DNA from: a virus
Length of the DNA: 64,000 bases
Direction: 5' to 3' (one strand)
IMG/VR virus record: IMGVR_UViG_3300032245_000936
Coordinates: 32,001 to 96,000 of that record
The translations under genes were made by a program, and so were the position numbers. Shown here in pieces: positions 38,901 to 50,900 of the stretch. The notes under the pieces are model-generated. The model saw nothing but the letters and a program-made list of their open reading frames with translations. It did no database searches and was not told where the DNA came from. Within the stretch, counting starts at the first letter, position 1. Every line of letters starts with the position of its first letter.

Positions 38901-41900
38901 AGGTAATCGTAAACATACACCGCGCCAGAATTCTTTAGGGAATCAATAAAACGTGTGGTATCTCTGTCAAATATTGTGCCCTTGGCGTCAAATGTAACTG
39001 ACGCCAGTGTAGCTGCCCCGTCGCTGGATATAACCAATGTTTCACCAGTCTGTCCATCACAACGAATGACGTAGCCAAATTTTTCTGGTTGATCAAGTCT
39101 TGGGTGTTCAATCACCTGGGTCAGAGCATATACTTTAATTCCAGTATCTTTTAATCCAGTACCAACACCAGGCAAGATGTCTAGTCGTTTAATTGCCTGG
39201 GTACTAGTAACTTCAATACGCAATGGGCTACCATCATTGATAGCAATCGCACTGGCTTGGGTTGTGCGAGCACCAGTGATTGTAACTTTAGGCAAAGATG
39301 TGTACCCGGATCCATTCTCAATGATGTCATATGATTTGATTGCGCCATTACCACCAAAAATCTGAATATTCCCAACCAGTGCTTGTGTGCCAGTTATTAA
39401 ATCTGGTGGCGCAACAGTAATAGCAACATTGGTACTAAAATACCCTGCGCCTCTGTTATTAAATTCAATTCCTGATATACCTTCCACGCTGGACGTAACA
39501 CCAATGATGTTCTGTGCAGAAATATCATTTAACACCTTTAAACTACTACCATTACCAGTGGCTGTGTCAATTGATCCAGATAATAACACATCAACATCAT
39601 TGATACGTATTGTATCACCTAGTGTTGTAACTGGGTACAACTGTGTTGTCAAGGTTGATCCATAGAACAAACCTTGATTAACAAAACGATACACTCGTCC
39701 ATTGTAATAGTTTACATCGCGATATCCAGGAGCACCAATGAATATGCCTTGATTGTCTGGTGCCATCGCAACAGATTTACCAAAGAAGCCCTGGTACACA
39801 GGATCTACACTAGGAATATTCTGAATCAGGTTAAACTTGTTAATGTCAATCTTGATACGCTGACCAGATTTTGGAGCTTCAAAAAAGCGCACGGTGAACC
39901 CAGAAGCAGTATAGTCAATGCCTTCACGTACTTCAAAGTCATCAAGGGTGACACGGTTTACCACGCCCAATGCCAGAGACGTTGTGAATAGTGTTTGGCC
40001 GCTACCTGTGCCTGTGTACACTTGATATGCTCTATCAAATACATATGATTTACCAGCTTTGGCTATAACTGTACCGCCTGATGGTTGTTCAATTCCTGTG
40101 TCAATTGATACCTCAGGAGCCCCGACAACAACCTGGTAACCAAGGTTGGTACATGCTACCGCTTGCCCAAATTTTGAAATTCTAGACACTAATAAATTTT
40201 CAGTGCCAATTACAATATACTGATCTGCCAGATAGATGTAAATTTCGTACTGACTATACGTACCTAATTCTGCCACGTAGTTCATTACCTTGGCCAGTGT
40301 ACCATTGGCAAGATTTGCGTCTACCATTTCACTATAGGTAGTATATGTATTGTTAATAGATCTAGTTTGTGCTTCAAGATCGTGAATTGTTTGTACCAAT
40401 GTTATCACCGAGGCATCATCATACAATGCTTTTAGTTCATCCTTGGTCTTCCAGGTAATACGATCATCTGGTTCCAATACCGCTGCCTCAACATAATAAG
40501 GATCCAATGGTGATACTGTAATAGACGCTTCGTTGATAAATTCTTGAGTCAAGAAAATAATAGTTGAGCCAATTACAGTAAATTCTCGACTTGGTACATA
40601 CAAGCGTCCACTGGAACCTACTACAGAAATTGTTTCAACACCATTTGGTCGTTGTACCAATGGATAAATTGTTTGGTACAAGTCATTTGCATCCTTTAAC
40701 GGAATAATAGTAGTTGGCTGCGCCTGGCGTGTTACATAAACAGCAACTTCGCCTTCGATGGCATCAAATGGGTCAACACTACCTGTAGGAGGAATGAAGG
40801 TTAAAATACCACCTGAGATTGAGTAGTCAAAAGCCGCCAAGAATACCCGTCCACTGGTGCCAACTACTTTAAGCACAGCAGGATTGGTTACATCAACAAA
40901 GTTTGTGACATAACTGTAGACTCGACGTTCTGCATCAATGTTAATCTTTAACTGACCAGTGCCTGGTGATTTACGTGCATACACATACACTTTGTTTGCA
41001 CCTGGGGCGCCAACATACAACCACTTTTCGTCACGGCTACATGCTAGGCTTTCACCAAATCTTGCATTAGGTTCTAGATCAACAGGACTCAATACTTGTT
41101 TGTTGAGCCAGTTTGTTTTGAAATATTCTGATACTTGCACGGCGCCTCTGGCAGTGAAGCTACCTGGTGCGCTGGCAAATGTATAAGTGTAACCAATATC
41201 CACTGCGTGACCAAACTCAATTGCATCAACAGAGAACGGACGCAGGGTATTGATTGCTTCTAGGTCCAATGTGCCCACTGCACCTGGGCGAGTAAATGCT
41301 TTTACTGCACCTGTTGTAAAAATTGTTTCTAGCACTGCACCGGAACCTGTTCCATCAGGATCGTATACTGTTGCAACAGGCGCTTTGGCATAACCAGTAC
41401 CAGGTAATAACGGATAGATTGTTACAGAGGCAATAGAATTGTCTGTTACACCCACCGTGCCAGTTGCTCCAACGCCAGTATCACCTGAATAGGCCTGTAT
41501 TAAAAGTTTTGGTTCTTTGTAGCTTTGTCCTGGTTGTGATACAATCAAATCTTTGATTGGTACAGGAGATAATCTAGAACGTAGAATTACTGGAGTTGGA
41601 TTGGTAGTAATTAGATTAACAATTGGTGGTTCTGTATAACCAGCACCACCTGTTGCAACTGCAATGGCTGTAATAGTACCAGAACTAATAGTCACTGCAC
41701 CAGCTGTTGCTCCGCTGCCACCACCACCAATGATTTCAACTGACGGCACAGATGTAAATCCGCTACCGCCGTCAATTACGTCAATGAAAGTAACATTGGT
41801 TGGGCTCAGTCGAGCGTTAATAATTCCGCCGGTACCACGTGTGAAATTTACAGCAATTCCAGTATTTGCACTCAGTGTTCCACTTACTCTAACTTTGTTA

Positions 41901-44900
41901 TTGTTAGAGAAAATCTGTTGAACGGTGATACCATCAGACACAAAAATATTGCTATATCCATACTGTCCAGCTGTTAAGCTAATAGAGTCGCCAACATACA
42001 CATTTGCCACGTTGCCAAATGTCATTACATCACTGAGTAGTGTATTAGATATTAGTGTGTGCGTGGTCCCATCAACTATGGTAATATTTGGTTGCAATTG
42101 GTAGTTTAGACCAATTGCAGTTAGTTGTGCATTGATTAGCGTTCCGCTTGAAATTCTAACGTTGGTGACAGGAGCATAGCCCCCTGCTACATCTGGGGTA
42201 CTAATGAACACTTTGGTCAGAGGACCGTATCCGCTACCTGGGTTTAGTACACGCAAACCTGAGATTGTTCCTTGACTGTAGCCTGGAGTTCCAGCTACAT
42301 ATAATCTGTTGTCAACGCTTATTCTTGCTGATGCACCGTAGCGTTCACCAGAAGAAAAATCGCCATCGCGGATTGGCATCAATTGGTTGAAGTTCCACTG
42401 TGATGATTTTTCAAACACTGCCCAGACACCATTGCTTATGTCATTGTCTACCCAGACTCTGTCATTTTCTCGCCAGCCGTGTATTGGGGTAAACTTGGTG
42501 ATATCACTGACCTGATTATAACGAACACTATCCATGACAAAGAATATGCCTTTGCCTTCGATTGTCTGCTGTTTTCTTAATCTCTGTAGATTTCTGTAAC
42601 CTGGTACAATAACTGTAAACTGATCGGTAACTGTGGTAACTCTGTAGAATCCATTGAAGTCAGGATCGAATGATTTAAGCACAAACAAGTTGTTTACTTC
42701 AAGCCCGTGCGGAAGATCAAATGATATTTGAATTGTGTCTGCAACACCAATTCTTATTTCTGTGATTGTGATATCTGTTTCTGTAGCACGATATACATTC
42801 CAGTCTTTGTTAAAGTCTTTAGCTACCCAAAGTTTGTATCCTGCACCAATCTGTTCAACTAACTGATAGTAAGATGCAAAGTCAGAAATGTCATATACTG
42901 TGTAGTCTACATCGTCCAAGCGTGGATAACCCGCTGTCAAGTTATCGCTGATACGAGGAGTTACATCGGTACGTGCTCGCACAATCTGTGGATTGTATGT
43001 GTCTTCAGTGAATCTATAAACTGTTTCCGGAGTAACATTTACTGCATTATTTACTGGTGTTTCTCCGCGAGCCAATAGTACCACTGCGGTAGGATCATTA
43101 ACAAATGTGCTTTCATCCAGCACAATTTCAATTGCCTGGTCTGAACCCAATGCGCCGTAATCACCAACGCGGAATCCCCACTCTTCGTAAAGGCTAATGT
43201 TGCTACCTAGATTATTAAAGTTACCGCGAGTCAAGGTAGTCACTGAACTTAGCGTACCTTTTTGTTTGATAAACCCGTGATAGAATTTTACTTGACTTGT
43301 TTGATCCAAATCAAAATCTTGGAAGTAGTTACGTGCGCGATACCCAACTAGTCCTTGACTAAATTGATCAAGTGTTGAGTCTGCAGGGTGATTATCTAGG
43401 TCGTAGATGTTGTTAAACTTCTGTGCGTTTAATGCAAAGTTTGGTAGCAGTCCAGTTTTAATACGTGACTTTTCAATTGGGGTCCATTTAGAGAAATCAA
43501 ACTCTGCGGCTGCATTGACTTCTACACTTGCATAGTAATAGTTGTCTTTGAAATTGACTAGGCTACCACGTCGATACTGTGTGCCCACTTGCCATATATC
43601 AACTTTATCGTTGTTATAGATAAACCCAGCTGGGTTTAGTTGCCCGGTCCAACTTCCGGTTTTGTTGCCAATTAGTTTTAATCGATACTGACGACTGCCT
43701 AGTTCTGGCACATAGATTACATCATTGAACACTGTGGTGTTGTCAAACACAACCACGTGTTCGTACTGTACTAGGTTAAGGTCTACTAGACCAAACGTCT
43801 GACCAAATATACTTTCCAGGGTGAATGTATTGTCTTCACGAGTGACTGTGAATTGGTTGTTCTTGATAATTGTGAAGTTCTGGTCTAGAACTTTGCTGCC
43901 GTTGAGTACATTTTCAACATGGTCAACAACACCATTTTTGTTTGTTACTTTGATAGCGTTGAAGGCCGGGCTTAGTACCAACACATTGCCGGCTTTCCAG
44001 CCTTGTTGGCTCCAAACCAGGAACTCTCTAGCACTTAATACCCAATCTTGCTTGATAGTTAGATCAATATTGTATTCATCAAATACAAAACCTTGTCCAA
44101 TCAAGAATCGACCGTAGCTTACCAAGAAGTCAACAATTTCTTGTCGTGTGGTAAATTCGTAACCATATGGTACTGTGATGCGAGTGCGTTGGAAGTCTCG
44201 ATAAACTACCGCAGTTTCGTTTAGTTCACTGATCTTATAAGCATTATTATTTGATGAACTTGGAATAATTGTAAAGTATGGCGTAATTGTATCGTAGCCA
44301 GTTACTGTGTATCTGCCAGCTGATTTTTCAATTATCACTGCGCTATAGATTAGTCTGTTTAGCGGAGTGCCCTTGTTCAAGAAAATTTTGTAGTTTTCTT
44401 GAGGAATTACCACGCTAGAAGAATTACTGCTTGGCGAACTTTGATCGGCCAGGATCGTTAGGAACTTGCTGTCTGCAAAACCTGCCATTTTGTATCCTAA
44501 TTTTAATTTAAAATTAGTGATATAATTTCTAAGTGTTTGGCTAGCTGGTAGTCCTTTGCTAACCAAGTAGTCTCTAATCCAGTTCACATACCCAGCTGTG
44601 AATGTTGTTGTTTCGTTTATACCAATGCCATCGCTAGGAATATCAAAAGACGTCTGTGTTACACGCTGTTTTGTAGTGGTCAACAACAACTGATCAATAT
44701 CTCTGTCGCGGTAGTAGTTGTTGGTGTTAAACATACTACCAAAGTAGAATGCAGGTTTTGCCAATGCTAGTGCAATTTGCACTGCATACGGAAACGCACT
44801 ACTACGGCGCCATGCGGTTTCAACTGGCCCTTGATCTCCAATGGACCAACTGGCTCCTGTGCGGGTACCATCAAAATTACTGACCACTAGTTTCTCAGGA

Positions 44901-47900
44901 CTGAGCAATAGGCCAATATCATCTACTGGAATATATTTGTTTAGGCCTGGGCGAGCAAAACGTGTATCAACTCCTGCACGAGTACCCCGGGCAATACGTC
45001 CAGCTTCTAAGTCGTCCCATAGCAGTTTGTTTGCACCAGTATACGGAGCTGGGCCGTACACTTCTGTCCACCATGTTGGCTGTTCACTAAAACCTAGCAT
45101 CTCCCATGGTGCAGTATTAGGACGGTCGGTGTCATAGTAATGTTGATATACTGCTCTCCAGAATCCTGGCAAGAATTCTCCGTCGGCATCTTTGAGATAA
45201 TGATAGTTCCATGACCATGAATTATTGGCTGCAAAGGTATCATTGCGTGTGTAGTTTAATTGATTATTACCTACCCAATTTAAGAAATTGCGTGTTAACA
45301 ATCTATTAAATTCTGCAAGAGTGTATTCAGTATTGCGGAACTTGCCGGGCAAGTAATCATATATGTCTAAGATATTGGCTTGGTAGTCAACTTTGATGTT
45401 GTTGTAGATTCGAAGTTCTAGCTCCATCAACAAACGATCACGTATGTCATTGAACACAGGAGTTAGCGATCCGTCGTGTCCTTGGATCACCATCACTGGT
45501 ACTTGATATGTAGTATCCTCAAACATTGTTGGAACATAACGTGGATATAAACCTAGCTTGGTAGGTGTTTCAGGAACATAACTACCAATAGTGCTTGGTC
45601 TTTCAACCACTAGCAATGTTTGTGTATAGGTTAGTTGTACGTGGTCAGCTAGATCAATGGCCGGCAAGGTTTGATTAAATTCAAAATCAATTCCTTTAAT
45701 CAATTGTTGATTAAGTCCAATAGAGTCATCGCGAAGATATACCAATATGCTACGACGACTTAACTCCATGTCTTTGTAGATGTTTGGAATTTCGTAACGA
45801 CGACGCTGTGTATTGATTATTTTTATTGGAGTATTAACTACTGCGCCACCCCATGGCACCATGTCACTGTCATACCATGGACTGGTTGAGTTCTTGCCTA
45901 CCATGACAGAAGTCATTACAACTTCAAACGCATCAGCAATGTTTGATGGTAAATCTTGTTTCAAGCATTGATCTAGGAATCGTTGCTTGAACCTAGTATA
46001 TTCTTTTTGTGCATATTCTGCGGCTTCAACAAATCCCAATCCCTTGCTTATATTACTGCTAGTAGCCGACGAGTTTGCTTCTAGACTGCTAGTAGCAGAA
46101 TCACCAAGCATGATTGCGGCATAGGTTCCAGGACTTGCATGTTGTACAATCGAGCCTTGCCAATCTTTAATATACAAATCTCTAGAATTATTTTTTCCTG
46201 CAACTGTTCCAGATAATCCTAGATGATTCTCACTCATATGAGTAAAGTGGTTACGCATCTGTCCTAGGGTTAGTACAGTGAAATTAGAATTTTGTGCATT
46301 CACGTCAATGTTTGACGGAATCTCGTAATACCCCATGTTGCTCTTTGCTTTTGCATAGATAAAAATATCCACGTTACTTGCTGGTTTAACTTTCAACAAT
46401 GCCTGATCAACAACCACTGCATAACGGCCGCCGTATTTGCGTAGTGTATATTGATCACTGGAAATTTTGCTGTGATCAACATATACCTTGATATAAGGTA
46501 TAGCCGCACTTGGCAAGGGCAATATATCAATTTCAAAATAATTGGTACGTCCATCAAACTCATGATGTATAATTTGATACTGTTTGGTTTTTTCTTCGAG
46601 CTTGGTCCAAATATTTCTAAAAGCAAATGTTCCGTTGACTCGTGTTTTTAGAAAATAATTGTTTACATTGCGAGAAACTTCAACTGTATCCAAATTATAG
46701 CGGAATGTGTCAATATCAAAGTCATTGTTGAACTGTATATCTCCAACGTTTTGGAAACTGCGATAGCTCAACGGGAACCCTAGGAATTTGTCATTAGCTC
46801 CTGTTCCTACTTTGTATGAGTATACTTTTGTGCCTGCAAACTTGCTACCTGGATAGTAGTTTGAATCTCCGACAGAATTTCCATCTTTGTCAAAAATATC
46901 AAACAAAGGTGACTGATTATAATTGTTTTTCTGCTGACCAGGAATCCACTCTTGTCCAGTGTAGTAGTACTGATTAAACAATGTGATCACGCCAGTTTTT
47001 AACTGTGCTGTTGCAGTTGAACCTGCAGTGGGTTCTGTCAGTAATATTGTATCACCTGCTTCGTAGGTGTCTGGAGTGGTATCACCATCGCTAGCAATAA
47101 AATTGGTTGCAGAAGTAATTTCTGCAATGGCTTTTGCGGCATAGGTAAATGTTGCTTCAATGGTAACAAAAGGTTCTTGAGCAATATCTAGAATCACTCG
47201 ATACTGCTTTTCAGTTGCTGATAACTGTACTGTCTGTAAGTCAACTACCTTAGGAACATCTGCGCCAGTGGTTAATCCAATGCCATTGGCGTTGTAGTTA
47301 CTGGTCACTGTTGCGCCAATTTCAATACCATCATGATCTGGAACGATCAATACTGTACCACCAGCACAGTCAGTGAATTTGGTCACTGCTGGAATTTGTG
47401 GTGTTATAGTGATTCGAGGTGCAGATGTATATTCTGCGCCAGGGTCAGTGATGTCAATTCCAACAATCTTAGATGGAGCAAGTTTTGTAGTAACTACTGC
47501 ACTAGTAGAAAACTTCAACGGAATATTCTGTCCAAGAGTAATAACAGAATTAACATACACAATACTACTGTATTGATCAACGCTGGTCACGCGAAGATTG
47601 TCTGGCAACGATCCTGCAAGGTCTGTCACTGACATACCGGCTTGAATCCCCATAACAGTGTTCAAACGCAGGCCAGTCTCTGTAGCATTTTTACCTAACA
47701 ACACTTGATTTACAATGTAAGATGTTTTATCAGAGCCAATTGGCTGTGACGAAGCAAATTGTTCTTGTGTGAAGAAACGATTCTGTGCAGAGAATACAAC
47801 TTTGCTACCAGCTGGTAGATCAATTGGCTCGCCGTCAGCATCACGAGCATCAATGTCACCAGTTAACACAACCTGATTATCAGCCACCGCCAGTACTTTT

Positions 47901-50900
47901 AGAATATTCGCATTGGACAGATCCACGTCCATATAGAACTGATATGTGTCTGGATTTGGTCCTGTTACCTCAGTTTCAACATACGGAGTTCTAGAGAAGT
48001 CAGCATAGTAGAAACCACCAGTGGCATTTGGTACTACCAAGAAAGCCAACCAACCTGGTTTTATATATTGTACGTCTGTGTAGGAGTCAAAGGTTAAAAC
48101 TCTTGATCCGTAAGCAGAAGCTTCTCCGGTGGCAACTTCTACATTGTTAATCACTGTGGTGATAATGTCTGTGCCCAAGCGATATCCAGAACCCACAGAT
48201 TGAATTGTAAAGTATTCAATTGTGTTATTGTTCAGAATTGCTGTTGCAGTTGCTTGTGCAGTGAGAATTTCTGGATTTGACGGTGGTGGTGGTATAGTCA
48301 AACTTGGGGCGCTGGTATAACCAGATCCAGGGTCATTGATAATCACTGTGTAAATTCCGCTACCATCGCCGTTGGCGCTGCCTTTTGCAGGAACGCCTAA
48401 GAAAACTAATTCTGTGCCTTGTTTCAAACTCACTGATTTGCTAAGTTGCAGAGTGGTGCTATCAATAATTCTTATTACTCTCGTGTCGTAGGGCACAGTA
48501 TACCCCGAGGTGTATCCACCAGAAACATACTCAAAGTAACTACGACCGTCAACTGGATCAGTGAGTCCAACATCGCTGTACAAGTTAATTGTTAATGTGT
48601 CAACTACATCAACATAATAACTGTTGTTGTTTAACTGTGTGGTTCCGTTTACACCAATAATGGTCACTAGATCGCCATTGACAAACCCATGAGGATTGCC
48701 CGGACTTGTGGTAATAGTAATTGGTAATACCACCGCAGAAGTGGTATACAGGAAAATGTTTTGAATTGGAACAGGAGTTGATCCGCCCACAAGTATCATG
48801 TTACGCATGGTATATTGTGTGGTGTCAACTTTGATCTGAGTTTGGTATCTCACTGTCTCTGACACAATTGAAACATTTCCAACGTTGCTCTTGAATGTCA
48901 ATGGCACTGTGAGTGTGTTGGCATTAGGGCCTGGTTTAGCCTCATCAGCACCAAACAAACGCACAGGAATGCTGAGTGTGATATTTCCCGAGATTCCATT
49001 TACGGCAGAAACTTTTGTTCCACTAAGAATATTAGGTGCATATACAAACCAATTTTGTGCTAGCCCAGACGGCACTGCATCCAAAGTGATAGTATCTGAA
49101 GTCACAAGCCCGTTGGCAAATGCGCTAACAAAAGTATTTGCTTGAGCTGGATTTGGAGAGCTGAATATGACATCGATGTTTTGTGCTGAATACCCTGCGC
49201 CTTTGTCAGTGATACGAATATAATCAACATACTTGAATGCGTTGTAAACAGGAGTAATCACTGCCGGAGTATCGTATGTTGTTGAAATTGTTACTGTTGG
49301 TTCAGCAATGTAGTTTAGTCCAGAGAAATTTACATCAATCAAATTAACGCTGGTTGGTGCAGCCAGGGCCACGCCTTGTGCAGTACGAGTACCAATACCA
49401 GGAAAAGGTGAAGTAAATGTCACAGTTGGAACGGTGGCATAGGTTGGTGCTGTGGCATAATTTGTTCCGCCACTGATCAATTCAATTTGCCCAACATAGC
49501 CTGTGCCTGTTAGATGAGCCACTGCATTGGCTCCAATGCCTTTGCCTTTGTTTACAAAAACAATAGTAGGTGTTCCACGGTAACCTGCACCTGTATTACC
49601 AATGATAATATTAGTAACAGTTCCTGTAATAGGATCTATATTTGCTGTGGCAGTAGCAGGGTATATTGGATTACCTCCAATAACAGCAACCTGTGTGTCT
49701 TGGACCATGGTGGCGCCTGACACATAATAGCTTGGGGCTGTTTGTGTATTCTTGCTTACCAAATGAATCTGGGTCTGCTGACTAGTGGAAATAAAATCAA
49801 CTTGCCAAATTCTATTTCGTACATCTGGATCCAGATCATTGGCAAAAATAATACGTGTTCCACTGGTCAGCTGACGTGTGACGCCATTAGGAAGTCGCAC
49901 TATAAATTCTGTTTTACCTTCAACTTGGCTAAAGGCATCTGTAACTGTGTAGTCAATTATGTCAACTGGTGCTTTTGCACGACTACCATGGTTGAACAGC
50001 ATAATGTCTGCTTCAAATTCAATAATAGGGCGGCGAGCGCGAGTGTCTGCAAACTGCTCAAGTATGGTTGTATCGTTATTATACTTTGCGGTCAATGTCA
50101 GCAAGTCAGTGTGGAACCAGCGGTTACTGCGCGACCATGCGTTTAAATCTGAACTTGCACGATTGATAGTAACATAATCAGGTGTGGTTACTAATGGATT
50201 AACGTATTCCTCAGGTATAATCAAATTACCAACAGGAACCAATGTAATTGATCTACCAACACCTTCAACAATGTATAATCCATTAGAGTAGATAGCTGGA
50301 ACAACAGTTGAGTCAAATCTTATTTTTAGCCCATTAGTAAACTTAACGCCATTGGGACTGGTATAAACAGGTTTGCCAATAATATCTGTTTCAACATCAA
50401 GTTGTGCAAAGTCTGGTTCTACTAAACGAATAATTCCAGAGTACTTGCCGTCTACACCATCCTGGTAGTAAAGAGTATCTAATGTTGCAGTGATTGGACG
50501 AACCGGTTCCCACTTTTGTCTTGAATTCTTAAAGAATGTAACACCAGAGTTTGCTTTACCGGCTTTTACAAATACTTTTTGTCCAACATTAACCTGACGA
50601 ATAGGAACCAATTGAATTACAAAGCGGCCGCCACCAGTATCAAAAGTACTGATGCGGAAAATATCTTGTCTATTCTCTTGAGGAATGTATACTGGAGCAT
50701 CTTCACTGTCAAACGGACGGAAATCAAACACACCAGGATCAGTCCAGTCTTCGTTGTTGTCGCTAGGATTTAAAAAAATCAAAGTACGGTCGCGCAAACT
50801 TTCTGTTACGCCATCAATACCACCAGCGCGGACCAGATTTGAATTCAAATGATTTTGCAGTTGTGCAAAAGTCAAGGTAGTGGCCAAGTCAACATCGGCA